Assembly: GCA_048571215.1 (NCBI GenBank)
Contig: CP182352.1
Location: forward strand, 2,592,001-2,656,000
Origin: Halarcobacter sp.
GTDB taxonomy: Bacteria > Campylobacterota > Campylobacteria > Campylobacterales > Arcobacteraceae
Direction of reading: 5' to 3'
Length of the DNA stretch: 64,000 nucleotides
Shown here piece after piece: positions 27,265 to 37,961 of the stretch (position 1 is its first letter; each line of letters opens with the position of its first letter). The notes under the pieces are model-generated. The model had not been told where the DNA came from, ran no database searches, and saw nothing but the letters and a program-made list of their open reading frames with translations. Made by a program: the position numbers and the translations under genes.

Positions 27265-29585
27265 TAGTTACAAGATCGTGGTTACAAGAGTATATTGATA
27301 TTTCAGATATCACAACAGATGATATTTGCAAAACTTTAAACTCTATTGGATTAGAAGTTGATAGTTTACAAAAAATAAGAATCCCATCAAAAGTTGTTGT
27401 AGGAAAAGTTTTAGAAAAAGTAAAACATCCTGATGCAGATAAATTAAATATTTGTCAAGTTGATATTGGGTCTGAAACTGTACAAATAGTTTGTGGAGCA
27501 AAAAATGTTGATGCGGGACAATTTGTACCAGTTGCAACTGTTGGTTGTCAATTAAGTAAAGATTTTAAAATCAAAAAAGCAAAACTAAGAGGTGCAGATT
27601 CAAATGGAATGATTTGTTCCACAACTGAGATTGGTTTGGCTAAACTAAATGATGGGATTTTAGAATTAGATGATTCTATTGGTAAATTAGTTATTGGTAA
27701 AGAGCTAAGTGAATACCCATTATTAAATGATGATATTATTGAGATTGAGCTTACTGCTAATAGAGGTGATTGTCTTAGTATTTATGGTATTGCAAGGGAA
27801 ATTTCTGCTTTTTATAATAAACCCTTAATTGAAAAAGAAAAAATAATTGAAACAAACGATTTAGGTATTGGTCAAGTATTAGAGGTGGAAAGCTCAAATA
27901 ACCTTGATAGCAGATTTATCTATATTGTTGCAAACTTAGAAGAGTATAAGCAGCCAATTATCCAAAAATTAAGAGTAGCTATTTTAGAAAAATACTCAGC
28001 ATGTGAAATAGAAGATACTTTAACTTATATAACTCATACATGTGGTGTTATTTTAAATGCATATGCAAAAAAAGATGCAAAAGTTGTTAATAATCTTGCA
28101 ACAATCTATATTGAAAAAGACCCACAAGGTTTTGATGAAGTAAAAGGAAATATGCACTTAAGTACCATGTGCATAGAACATCAAAAAGTAGAAGATGACA
28201 AAGAGAATGAATATATTATTGAAGCAAGTTATATCAATCCTGAAATCTTATCTAAAAAAGTTTTTGAAACAAAAAGAAAAACAGGAGATATTTATTATAA
28301 AAGTTCAAGGGGAAGTGAACCTGAAATTGAACTTGGAATAGAATGTTTCTGTACTTTAGTTTCACAATATGGAGCAAAAATCTATAATGGAATTGAAGCT
28401 TATGCTGATCATGCTGAAAAGTCTGTAATTGATGTAAATGTAGATAAAGTAAACTCTATAATTGGTCAAAAAATAGAAAAAGCAACCATTGAAAAAATAT
28501 TAAGCTCATTAGGTTTTGAGGTTAAAGATGGAGTTAATGGACTTTTATCAGTACAAATTCCACTTTTTAGACATGATATAAAAAATATTGCTGATATAAC
28601 AGAAGAGATTGTAAGAATAATTGGTATTGATAATATTCAATCTAAACCTTTAGAAATTGATGAAGTAAATAGAGTAAATAATACTTCAATTAACCTAATC
28701 AAGAAAAACAATTTAAGAAATAAAGCAGTAGCAAATGGTTTTTATGAAACTTTAACTTATGTTTTTGCAGATAAAGAGAAACTACAAAAATACTCTTTAC
28801 CTACAGTACAAGAGTCTCTTGATATTTTAAATCCTATTATTAAAGAATTAGATACTTTTAGAACAACTATCACTTTAAACCTAATAGAAGCTTGCTCAAG
28901 TAATATGAAATTGGGATTTAAATCAACTTCATTTTTTGAAATTGGCAAAATATTTAATACTAAAAGGGAAGAAAAAACTGTTTTATCTTTAATCTTTTCA
29001 GGGGTAAAAGAGATTGAATCAGTTGAAAATGCAGGTAAGCCTGAAAATATTGATTTTTTTGGATTCTCAAAAAAAGTTTTAAATATAATTGGTAAATTTG
29101 ATTTAGAGCCAATGAAAAAAATACCAAATGGTTTATTTCATCCCTATCAAAATGCCTCAATAATTGTTGATGGTAAAACCATAGGATATATTTCAAAACT
29201 TCACCCAAGTGTTGCTAGTGATTATGATTTAAGTGATACTTTTTTTGCTGAGATTGAGTTTGATAAAATTAAAAATGATTTAATCAAAACTAAACCTTAC
29301 TCTAAATTTCAGTCATCAAGAAAAGATTTAAGTATCATAGTTCCAAAAGACTTAGAATTTAAAGAGATTAAAAAAGTGATATATTCTCTTGAAGATAAAA
29401 ATATCAAACAATTTAATTTAATAGATATCTATAGTGATGAAAAACTAGAAGATAAAGAGAGTTTAACTATTAGATTTATCTTACAAAATGATACTAAAAC
29501 ATTAGAAGAAGAAGATATTACATCAACAATGACTAAAATTCTAGAAAATTTAAATTCAAAACTAGGTTTAGAGCTTAGAGTTTAA
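27261..29585 (+). CDS. pheT: Phenylalanyl-tRNA synthetase beta
   Basis: [42 protein letters not shown]-terminal FDX-ACB-like domain. Confidence 0.97.
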   Translation: MIVTRSWLQEYIDISDITTDDICKTLNSIGLEVDSLQKIRIPSKVVVGKVLEKVKHPDADKLNICQVDIGSETVQIVCGAKNVDAGQFVPVATVGCQLSKDFKIKKAKLRGADSNGMICSTTEIGLAKLNDGILELDDSIGKLVIGKELSEYPLLNDDIIEIELTANRGDCLSIYGIAREISAFYNKPLIEKEKIIETNDLGIGQVLEVESSNNLDSRFIYIVANLEEYKQPIIQKLRVAILEKYSACEIEDTLTYITHTCGVILNAYAKKDAKVVNNLATIYIEKDPQGFDEVKGNMHLSTMCIEHQKVEDDKENEYIIEASYINPEILSKKVFETKRKTGDIYYKSSRGSEPEIELGIECFCTLVSQYGAKIYNGIEAYADHAEKSVIDVNVDKVNSIIGQKIEKATIEKILSSLGFEVKDGVNGLLSVQIPLFRHDIKNIADITEEIVRIIGIDNIQSKPLEIDEVNRVNNTSINLIKKNNLRNKAVANGFYETLTYVFADKEKLQKYSLPTVQESLDILNPIIKELDTFRTTITLNLIEACSSNMKLGFKSTSFFEIGKIFNTKREEKTVLSLIFSGVKEIESVENAGKPENIDFFGFSKKVLNIIGKFDLEPMKKIPNGLFHPYQNASIIVDGKTIGYISKLHPSVASDYDLSDTFFAEIEFDKIKNDLIKTKPYSKFQSSRKDLSIIVPKDLEFKEIKKVIYSLEDKNIKQFNLIDIYSDEKLEDKESLTIRFILQNDTKTLEEEDITSTMTKILENLNSKLGLELRV

Positions 29586-29595
29586 AAGGAAAAAA

Positions 29596-30876
29596 GTGAA
29601 AAGTTTTAATATTAAAAAATTAAGTAAATCATTTAATGTTGAGATTGATTCTATTGCAACTGATAAATCAATCTCACATAGATGTGCAATGTTTTCACTT
29701 TTTTCTAATGAGACCTCTTATATAAAAAACTATTTAACGGCAGAAGATACTCTAAACACTTTAAGTATAGTTGAACAACTTGGTGCAACAATAAAAAGAG
29801 AAGGCTCATATGTAGAGATAAGTCCTACAGCTAGACTTACAGAGCCTAATGATGTTTTAGATTGTGGAAACTCAGGAACTGCAATGAGACTTTTTTGTGG
29901 TCTTTTAGCTTCAGTTGATGGAGGTTTTGTTTTAAGTGGAGATAAATATCTAAGAGCAAGACCTATGAAAAGAGTTGCTAATCCTCTAAGAAGTATTGGG
30001 GCAAATATAGATGGTAGAGAAGATGGAAATAAGGCTCCTTTATTTATAAGAGGAGTTAAAGAGTTAAAACCATTTGAATATATCTCTCCAGTAGATTCAG
30101 CACAAGTTAAATCAGCTATGATTCTAGCAGCACTTAGAGCCACTGGAGTATCAAAATATAAAGAAAATGAACTCACCCGTGATCATACGGAGAGAATGTT
30201 AAAAGGTATGGGAGCAAATATAGAAACTGATAATGAAGGTTTTATAAATATTCACCCACTAACAACTTATTTAAAACCTCTAAATATCACTGTTCCTACA
30301 GATCCAAGTTCAGCTTTCTTTTTTGCTTTAGCTGCTGCAATTACACCTAATTCAAGAGTTCTTATAAAAAATGTAACCTTAAATCCTACAAGGATTGAAG
30401 CTTATATGGTTTTGAAAAGAATGGGTGCAATAGTTAATTTTATTGAAAAAGAGAATATCTATGAACCTATTGGGGATATTGAGATTTGCCATAAAGAATT
30501 AAATGGCGTTGAAGTTAGCGAGAATATCTCTTGGCTTATAGATGAACTACCTGCTCTTTCTGTTGCAATGAGTTTGGCAAAAGGTAAATCTATAGTAAAA
30601 AATGCAAAAGAGCTTAGGGTTAAAGAATCTGATAGAATCAAATCTGTTGTTACAAACCTAGAAAAATGTGGAGTTGAATATACAGAATATGAAGATGGAT
30701 ATGAGATAACTGGTGGAAAACTAAATGAAGCAACAATTGACTCACATGGAGATCATAGAATTGCAATGAGTTTTTCTATTGCAGGATTAGTATCAAATAT
30801 GCATATAAATGATACTGATTGTATTTTAACTTCATTTCCAAACTTTAAAGAGATTTTGGACTCTTTATATAATTAA
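29596..30876 (+). CDS. aroA: EPSP synthase
   Basis: [44 protein letters not shown]. Confidence 0.97.
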   Translation: MKSFNIKKLSKSFNVEIDSIATDKSISHRCAMFSLFSNETSYIKNYLTAEDTLNTLSIVEQLGATIKREGSYVEISPTARLTEPNDVLDCGNSGTAMRLFCGLLASVDGGFVLSGDKYLRARPMKRVANPLRSIGANIDGREDGNKAPLFIRGVKELKPFEYISPVDSAQVKSAMILAALRATGVSKYKENELTRDHTERMLKGMGANIETDNEGFINIHPLTTYLKPLNITVPTDPSSAFFFALAAAITPNSRVLIKNVTLNPTRIEAYMVLKRMGAIVNFIEKENIYEPIGDIEICHKELNGVEVSENISWLIDELPALSVAMSLAKGKSIVKNAKELRVKESDRIKSVVTNLEKCGVEYTEYEDGYEITGGKLNEATIDSHGDHRIAMSFSIAGLVSNMHINDTDCILTSFPNFKEILDSLYN

Positions 30877-30887
30877 GGTTTATTAAT

Positions 30888-31721
30888 ATGAATGTAAAAT
30901 TAGCCTCATCTTATGGTTTTTGTTTTGGTGTAAAAAGAGCAATAAATATTGCACAAAATTATAAAAATTCAGCAACAATGGGTCCACTCATCCATAATCA
31001 AAATGAGATAGACAGACTCAAAAAAGATTTTAATGTTGGACTATATAATAATCTAACAGATGTAAAGCCAAATGATACGGTTATAATTAGAACCCATGGT
31101 ATTCCTAAAGATGAATTAAAACAGTTAAAACAAAAAAGTGATAAAGTTATAAATGCTACTTGTCCTTTCGTAACCACTCCTCAACAAATAGTGAAAAAAA
31201 TGAGTGCAGAGGAGTATTCAATTGTTATTTTTGGAGATTATGAACACCCAGAGGTAAAAGGGGTTAAATCTTATGGAAAAGATTTAGATGATGTTCATGT
31301 TGTATTAACTGTTGAAGATTTAGATGCTATCAAATTTAAGTATGAAAAAATTGCTACTGTTGCACAAACTACTAGAAAAAAAGAGATTTATTTAGATATA
31401 GTAAATGCACTTATTTTAAAAAATAAAGAAGTACGAGTTTTTAATACTATTTGTGATGCAACTTTTGAAAACCAAGATGCAGCAAGGGAGTTATCTAAAG
31501 AAGTTGATATTATGGTTATTATTGGTGGGAAAAACTCTTCAAATACAAAACAATTACACCACATTTGTCTTGATAATTGTAAAGACTCATACCTTATAGA
31601 AAATGTAAATGAGCTTGAATCTTCTTGGTTTATAGAGAAAAAACTTTGTGGAATCACTGCTGGCGCATCAACCCCTGATTGGATAATTCAACAAGTAGTT
31701 AACAAAATAGAACAATACTAA
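30888..31721 (+). CDS. ispH: 4-hydroxy-3-methylbut-2-enyl diphosphate reductase
   Basis: GFCFGVKRA, ATCPFV, AQTT, TICDAT, SSNT, TAGASTPDW. Confidence 0.97.
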   Translation: MNVKLASSYGFCFGVKRAINIAQNYKNSATMGPLIHNQNEIDRLKKDFNVGLYNNLTDVKPNDTVIIRTHGIPKDELKQLKQKSDKVINATCPFVTTPQQIVKKMSAEEYSIVIFGDYEHPEVKGVKSYGKDLDDVHVVLTVEDLDAIKFKYEKIATVAQTTRKKEIYLDIVNALILKNKEVRVFNTICDATFENQDAARELSKEVDIMVIIGGKNSSNTKQLHHICLDNCKDSYLIENVNELESSWFIEKKLCGITAGASTPDWIIQQVVNKIEQY

Positions 31722-31795
31722 ATTTATCTCGTTTAAGTAAACTTTCGATATAATCTGCAACATTTAATAAAAAACGGATAATACGAAGGAATAAA

Positions 31796-33448
31796 ATGGG
31801 TATCGATGATATTGAACTTGGTGAAGACTTTGATTTTGAGCAAATGCTTAATGAGTCTTTTGAGAATACTGAAAATAACTCTGTAGTTGATGGTGTAATT
31901 GTTGAAATTACTGATGATAGTGTGCTTGTTGATGTAGGTCAAAAAGTTGAAGGTAGATTATACCTTTCTGAAATCACTGTAAATGGTGAAGTACTATTCA
32001 AAGTTGGGGATACTATCCCTGTAATGTTAATGGGAAATAAAGGTGAAAGACCATCTATTTCTTATAAAAAAGTTTTACAAAAAGAAAAATTCGATGCTTT
32101 TGTTAAAGAGCATGGTGAAGATGTAGAAGATATCACTATTGAAGGTAAAATCATCTCTGTAAAAAATAGAGGTGGATTTATAATAGAAGATGATTCTGGA
32201 TTAGAATATTTTATGCCAATGGCGCAATCATATTTAAAAACACATGGAGCAGTTGGTAAAAAAGTAAAAGCAAAAGTTTTAAAAGTAAATGCTACACAAA
32301 ACTCTATAATAGTTTCAAGAAAAAAACTTATTGAAGAATCTAAATTACAAAAAGATACAAAAGTTAAAGAGATTTTAGAAAATAACGAACCAATTATTGG
32401 TACAGTTAAAAAAATCACATCTTATGGTATGTTTATTGATTTAGGTGGAATTGATGGTTTAGTAAACTATAATGAGATCTCTTATAAGGGACCTGTAAAT
32501 CCAGCTAACTACTATAATGAAGGTGATGAAGTTTCTGTTATTGTACTATCTTATGATAAAGAAAAACAACACTTAAGCCTATCAATAAAAGCTGCACTTC
32601 CTAATCCATGGGAAGAGATTAAAGATGAATTAGAAGTTGGTGATACTATTACTGTTACTGTTTCTAACTTTGAATCTTATGGGGCATTTGTTGATTTAGG
32701 AAATGATATTGAAGGTTTATTACATATTTCTGAAATTTCATGGAATAAAAATGTAAAAAATCCAAAAGATTTATTAACTTTAGGTGATGAAATTAATGTT
32801 GAAGTTATTGAGCTTAATGTTGAACAAAAAAGATTAAGAGTTAGTTTAAAAAATCTTCAAGAAAAACCTTTTGCAAAATTTGTTAAAGAAAATAAAGTTG
32901 GTGATATTGTTAAAGGTAAAATTGCAACACTTACTGACTTTGGTGCTTTTGTTACAATTGGAGAAGTTGATGGACTACTTCATAATGAAGAAGCTTCATG
33001 GGAATCTAATGCAAAATGTAAATCACTTTACAAAAAAGGTGATGAAGTAGAAGTTAAAATTATTAAAATTGATAGAGAAAAAGAAAATATCTCTTTATCA
33101 GTTAAAGAGATTGCTGATTCTCCTGCTAAAACTTTCCAAGATAACCACAAAATTGGTGATATTGTAAAAGGAACTGTTAAAGATAAAAAAGACTTTGGTA
33201 TCTTTATTAAACTTGTAGATAATTTAGATGGTCTTATTAGAAACGAAGATTTTGGTCCTTTAGATTTAGAAGAGATTAAAGTTGGAGATGAGCTTGAAGC
33301 TGTTGTTGTAAATATTGATGTTAAGAAAAATAGAGTTAGATTATCAATCAAAAGATTAGAGCAACAACAAGAAAGAGAGATGCTTAAAGCTGTTAATGAT
33401 GATTCATCAATGACTTTAGGTGATTTATTAAAAGATCAAATGAAATAA
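31796..33448 (+). CDS. rpsA: 30S ribosomal protein S1
   Basis: Repeated S1 domains (YGMFIDLGGIDGL, YGAFVDLG, FGAFV), C-terminal TLGDLL. Confidence 0.97.
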   Translation: MGIDDIELGEDFDFEQMLNESFENTENNSVVDGVIVEITDDSVLVDVGQKVEGRLYLSEITVNGEVLFKVGDTIPVMLMGNKGERPSISYKKVLQKEKFDAFVKEHGEDVEDITIEGKIISVKNRGGFIIEDDSGLEYFMPMAQSYLKTHGAVGKKVKAKVLKVNATQNSIIVSRKKLIEESKLQKDTKVKEILENNEPIIGTVKKITSYGMFIDLGGIDGLVNYNEISYKGPVNPANYYNEGDEVSVIVLSYDKEKQHLSLSIKAALPNPWEEIKDELEVGDTITVTVSNFESYGAFVDLGNDIEGLLHISEISWNKNVKNPKDLLTLGDEINVEVIELNVEQKRLRVSLKNLQEKPFAKFVKENKVGDIVKGKIATLTDFGAFVTIGEVDGLLHNEEASWESNAKCKSLYKKGDEVEVKIIKIDREKENISLSVKEIADSPAKTFQDNHKIGDIVKGTVKDKKDFGIFIKLVDNLDGLIRNEDFGPLDLEEIKVGDELEAVVVNIDVKKNRVRLSIKRLEQQQEREMLKAVNDDSSMTLGDLLKDQMK

Positions 33449-33465
33449 TTTAAGGAATTTTATAA

Positions 33466-35052
33466 ATGAGTAAACATACTATTGTAGTTTGCGATCATAT
33501 CCATGAAGATGGTTTAAATATCTTAAAAACTTGTGAAGATGTTAACTATGTTTATGCAGCAGATATTGACAAAACAGCCTTACTAGATGTAATAAAAGAT
33601 GCAGATGTTGCAATTACAAGAAGTTCAACAGATGTAGATGAAAAATTTTTAAATGCAGCAACTAACCTAAAAGCAGTTATCAGAGCTGGAGTTGGTTATG
33701 ATAATGTTAATATGGAAGGGTGTAGCAAAAGAGGAATTATTGCAATGAATGTTCCAACTGCAAACACAATTGCTGCAGTTGAACTTACTATGACACATAT
33801 GTTATCTTGTATGAGAAAATTTCCTTATGCACATAACCAATTAAAACAAGATAGAATTTGGAAAAGAGAAGACTGGTATGGTAGAGAGCTTTTCGGGAAA
33901 AAACTTGGAGTTATTGGTTTTGGAAATATTGGACATAGAGTAGCACTAAGAGCCAAATCATTTGAAATGGATGTAGTAACATACGATCCATATATTCCTT
34001 CAACAAAAGCAACTGATTTAGGTGTTACATACACTACAAATTTTGACGATATTTTAGCTTGTGATATAATCACTATCCATACTCCAAAAAATCAAGAAAC
34101 TATTGATATGATTGGTGAAGAAGAGATTTCTAAAATGAAAGATGGGGTTATCTTAATAAACTGTGCAAGAGGTGGTTTATATAATGAAGATGCCTTATAT
34201 AACAATTTAAAATCTGGAAAAATTTCAATGGCAGGAATTGATGTATTTAAAAAAGAGCCAGCTATTGATAATAAACTTTTAGATTTACCAAATATCACAG
34301 TAACTGCTCACCTAGGAGCAAATACAAAAGAGTCTCAAAAGAAAATTGCGATACAAGCTGCACAAAATGCTATTGAATCTGCAAGGGGAATCTCATATCC
34401 TAATGCTCTTAACCTTCCAATTGATGAGAGTAAAATCCCATCATTTGTAAAACCGTATATTGAGTTAACTCAAAAAATGGCATTTTTAAGTGCACAATTA
34501 GATAAATCTCCAATTAGATCTATCTCGGTGTGTGCCCAAGGAGATATCACTGAATATCTTGATTCATTAACTACTTTTGCAACTGTTGGAGCATTGAGTG
34601 TTTCAGCAGGGGATGAAGTGAATTATGTAAATGCTAAATTCTTAGCAGAAGAGAAAGGTATCACTTTTGAAACTTCTGAAATGAAACATACTTCAGGGTA
34701 TAGTAATAAAGTGACTCTAAAAATTACAACTGAAAAAAGAGTAAATACAATATCTGGTACAGTATTTGATGATAATGTACAAAGAATTGTAGACCTAGAT
34801 GGATTTGATTTTGATATTGAACCTAAGGGTAAAATGATAATGATGAGAAACAATGATGTCCCTGGCGTTATTGGTGCAGTTGGTAAACTTTTAGGAGATA
34901 GAGAAATAAATATCTCTGACTTTAGACTTGCTCGTGGTAAAAATAATGATGCACTTGCAATTATCTTAGTTGATGGCATAGTAAATAACAAACTTTTAGA
35001 TGAAATCAGCAATTTAGAAGCTGCAATTGCAGTTTCATATGCAGAAATTTAA
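33466..35052 (+). CDS. serA: D-3-phosphoglycerate dehydrogenase
   Basis: RAGVGYDN, GFGNIG, INCARGG, HLGANT, C-terminal ACT (DVPGVIG). Confidence 0.96.
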   Translation: MSKHTIVVCDHIHEDGLNILKTCEDVNYVYAADIDKTALLDVIKDADVAITRSSTDVDEKFLNAATNLKAVIRAGVGYDNVNMEGCSKRGIIAMNVPTANTIAAVELTMTHMLSCMRKFPYAHNQLKQDRIWKREDWYGRELFGKKLGVIGFGNIGHRVALRAKSFEMDVVTYDPYIPSTKATDLGVTYTTNFDDILACDIITIHTPKNQETIDMIGEEEISKMKDGVILINCARGGLYNEDALYNNLKSGKISMAGIDVFKKEPAIDNKLLDLPNITVTAHLGANTKESQKKIAIQAAQNAIESARGISYPNALNLPIDESKIPSFVKPYIELTQKMAFLSAQLDKSPIRSISVCAQGDITEYLDSLTTFATVGALSVSAGDEVNYVNAKFLAEEKGITFETSEMKHTSGYSNKVTLKITTEKRVNTISGTVFDDNVQRIVDLDGFDFDIEPKGKMIMMRNNDVPGVIGAVGKLLGDREINISDFRLARGKNNDALAIILVDGIVNNKLLDEISNLEAAIAVSYAEI

Positions 35053-35064
35053 GGAGTAATTGAA

Positions 35065-35628
35065 ATGGCAAATATTTCAATGAGTGAACTAAAAAAAGGT
35101 CTTAAAATAGAACATGATGGTATTCCATATAAAATTGTAGAGTATCAACATGTAAAACCTGGTAAAGGTGCAGCATTTGTAAGATGTAAAATAAAATCAT
35201 TTTTAAATGGAAAAGTTATCGAAAGAACTTTCCATGCAGGAGACAAATGTCAAACTCCAGACCTACAACAAAGAACTATGCAGTTTTTATATGATGATGG
35301 TGAGATGATGCAATTTATGGATAATGAAAATTATGAACAAATTGGATTAACTCATGATCAAGTTGGTGATGCTGCTAAATGGATTATAGATGGGATGAGT
35401 GTTGATATGATGTTTTATAATGGAAACGCTATTACAGTTGAACCCCCAGCAACTGTAGAACTTAAAATCATAGAAACTCCACCTAACTTCAAGGGTGACT
35501 CACAAGGTGGTAAAAAGCCTGCTACACTTGAATCTGGTGCAGTTATCCAAATCCCTTTTCACCTAGTTGAAGGTGATAGTATCAAAGTTGATACTAAAAC
35601 GGGTGATTATTTAGAGAAGGTCAAGTAA
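35065..35628 (+). CDS. efp: Elongation factor P
   Basis: [26 protein letters not shown]. Confidence 0.98.
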   Translation: MANISMSELKKGLKIEHDGIPYKIVEYQHVKPGKGAAFVRCKIKSFLNGKVIERTFHAGDKCQTPDLQQRTMQFLYDDGEMMQFMDNENYEQIGLTHDQVGDAAKWIIDGMSVDMMFYNGNAITVEPPATVELKIIETPPNFKGDSQGGKKPATLESGAVIQIPFHLVEGDSIKVDTKTGDYLEKVK

Positions 35629-35634
35629 TCTGCC

Positions 35635-35757
35635 AAAAAGACAAAGCTTTGTCGTAATAACCTGCGATAAAGCTTTTTTTATTCACTCATTTACACTTGT
35701 AAACTCCCTCACAAAAAAAACTCTATCTTGGTTTTTACAACAAATCTTTATCTTTTT
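35635..35757 (-). repeat. 123-nt imperfect palindromic element (long hairpin) between convergent genes
   Basis: 28-nt arms with 4 mismatches, inner 15-nt arms with 2 mismatches, central tttac-actt-gtaaa mini-hairpin. Confidence 0.8.
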
Positions 35758-35803
35758 TCCTATTTATTAATTCTTTAATATATTTTTCCCAATTTGTTTT
35801 AGT

Positions 35804-36145
35804 TTAAGGACCATTTTCTTTTATATTTAAATAATAAGTAAATACTATATAACATTCAAATAATATAAAAAATATATATGTATGATTCTCAATAGTAATA
35901 TCTATATCTAGTAACATATAATTAATTGCCAACCCAATTATTAAAGATATAATACTTAAAATGACAAATATATTAGTTTTGTATATTCTATCAAATATTT
36001 TATGTTGCAATATACTTACTAACAAGATTATAGGAACTGGTACTGTATAATCTTCAAAAAAAGAATTACTATAAAACAAAAAGGAAAGTAGATTCAAATT
36101 AATAATAAATAAAATAGAATGTATTAATAGATATAAATTATTCAA
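35804..36145 (-). CDS. Hypothetical small multi-pass membrane protein
   Basis: 113-aa hydrophobic ORF overlapping the ribD stop; extremely AT-rich; TTG start; no recognisable motif. Confidence 0.55.
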   Translation of the reverse strand: MNNLYLLIHSILFIINLNLLSFLFYSNSFFEDYTVPVPIILLVSILQHKIFDRIYKTNIFVILSIISLIIGLAINYMLLDIDITIENHTYIFFILFECYIVFTYYLNIKENGP

Positions 36146-37154
36146 AAGATAATTTCTCTAAATATATAATTTTTTCATTTCCAATAAAATTTTCATGAAC
36201 AATCTCAAAATCTATATCTATATTCTCATCTTCACAATTCATTCCAAATCTTATTTTAGGATTTACTATTAAAACTATATAATCTAATTTTTCTTTTAAT
36301 AGATTTAGAAGTTTATAACCACCTTCTACCATTACAAATTTATAATCTAATAGGTCAAGTATATTATCACTTATTTTTACTTCTCTATTTGGTATTTTAA
36401 AAAGTGGGATTTGTTTATCAAATACTTTTTTTTGTGAGTAGATAAGTATATTTGGTGCCCTTCCTGCTATATATCTAGCATCTAGAGTTGGTCTATCAGT
36501 TCTTACTGTATTTCCACCTATTGCTAGTAAGTCTAGTTTATCTCTTATTGCATGTACATATGCTTGTGAAGGATTTGCTGAGATTTTTCCATTTATGCTA
36601 CCATTTAGGGTTTGTGCCATTTTAAAGAAGATAAAACTTCCTTTTGTCCATTTTATAAATGGATATAAAAGCTCATATGCTTCTTTTTTCATACACCCTA
36701 CTTCTACCTCTATCTTTGCATCTTTTAGGGTTTGTATTCCACCTGAAGCTTCTTTATTTATATCTTCATGGGCTACGATTACTTTTTGGGGTTTTAACTC
36801 TTTTAAAAGTGAAGCACATGCTGGGGTTTTTCCTACATGATTACACGGTTCTAAGCTTACATATATAGTACAATCATTGAAAAAATTATTATGGTTTTTA
36901 ATCAAATATTCATGAATTTCATGGGAAGTTTTTTTTATTTTTAGTAAATCATTTGGGTTTTTTTTTAAATAAGCAGCTTTTAAAGCATTTACTTCTGCAT
37001 GGGCATGACCTGCTTCTTTATGAGCTTCTATTGCTAAAATCTCACCATTTTTTACAACTACACAACCAACAGCAGGATTTGGATAGGTTAAAAGTTGATA
37101 TTTCCAAGCTTCATCAATGGCTAACTTCATAAAGAAGTTATCATCAATTTTCAT
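36138..37154 (-). CDS. ribD: Riboflavin biosynthesis deaminase/reductase
   Basis: PNPAVGC, HAEVNA, LEPCNHVGKTPAC, GGNTVRTDRPTL, VEGG. Confidence 0.95.
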   Translation of the reverse strand: MKIDDNFFMKLAIDEAWKYQLLTYPNPAVGCVVVKNGEILAIEAHKEAGHAHAEVNALKAAYLKKNPNDLLKIKKTSHEIHEYLIKNHNNFFNDCTIYVSLEPCNHVGKTPACASLLKELKPQKVIVAHEDINKEASGGIQTLKDAKIEVEVGCMKKEAYELLYPFIKWTKGSFIFFKMAQTLNGSINGKISANPSQAYVHAIRDKLDLLAIGGNTVRTDRPTLDARYIAGRAPNILIYSQKKVFDKQIPLFKIPNREVKISDNILDLLDYKFVMVEGGYKLLNLLKEKLDYIVLIVNPKIRFGMNCEDENIDIDFEIVHENFIGNEKIIYLEKLSFE

Positions 37155-37165
37155 TTATGCTATCC

Positions 37166-37594
37166 CTACCACTCAAAATATGTTGATGCAGATGAGATTT
37201 CATCATATGTGATTATCTCTTCTCCATGTTCAGTTTTTACTTTTATTTCATTGTTATCAGCAAAAATAAGTTCACCTTTGATGATATTTTTATCAAAATC
37301 TTTTACTCTAATTTTTTCCCCAAGAGAGGATTTATAGTGTCTAGGGTTTTTTAGTTTTCTTTCAATACCAGGTGAGCTAACTTCTAGATTATAGTTACCA
37401 TTCATTGGTTCATCTAAATCCAAAATTGGTGATATCATTCTACTAACTTCAGCACATTTATCTAAATTTACACCATCTTTTGAAGTGATATATACTCTAT
37501 AAATATTTCTGTCATTCTCTTTAGTTGAAACAATATCATAAACTTGAGCACCACACCCTTCTACTGCTAATTCAATAGATTGTTCTAAATTCAT
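37166..37594 (-). CDS. rimP: Ribosome maturation factor RimP
   Basis: [26 protein letters not shown]. Confidence 0.95.
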   Translation of the reverse strand: MNLEQSIELAVEGCGAQVYDIVSTKENDRNIYRVYITSKDGVNLDKCAEVSRMISPILDLDEPMNGNYNLEVSSPGIERKLKNPRHYKSSLGEKIRVKDFDKNIIKGELIFADNNEIKVKTEHGEEIITYDEISSASTYFEW

Positions 37595-37950
37595 GAGTCA
37601 CTCTTTTTTGATTTCTCTATTTTTCTAAATAAATCTTCTATATTTTTTGAATTTTCTAGGGAATTATCATTTACAAATTTAAATGTTGGACACTTATACC
37701 ATCCAGTTGCACTTAAAACATACGATTTTATTCTTCCATTTGCTTTTGTAAGTAATGAGATGATTTGAGGAATCTCTTTATTTGTAAAATCACTACCATC
37801 AAAATAAACAGTAGCATCATATTTACCATTTTTACAATTAACTCCTGTAATTGGTAAAGAGTTGATTCTACTGTCACTTAGAGTTGATAAAGCTTCTGGT
37901 ACCAACTCCATAAGTAGTGATTCTGTTCTTTGTAGATTTACACTTTTCAA
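37591..37950 (-). CDS. rbfA: Ribosome-binding factor A
   Basis: Between infB and rimP; L..L.D.RI, YDATVY, WYKCP.FKF pattern of Campylobacterota RbfA. Confidence 0.88.
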   Translation of the reverse strand: MKSVNLQRTESLLMELVPEALSTLSDSRINSLPITGVNCKNGKYDATVYFDGSDFTNKEIPQIISLLTKANGRIKSYVLSATGWYKCPTFKFVNDNSLENSKNIEDLFRKIEKSKKSDS

Positions 37951-37961
37951 TATAAACTCAC

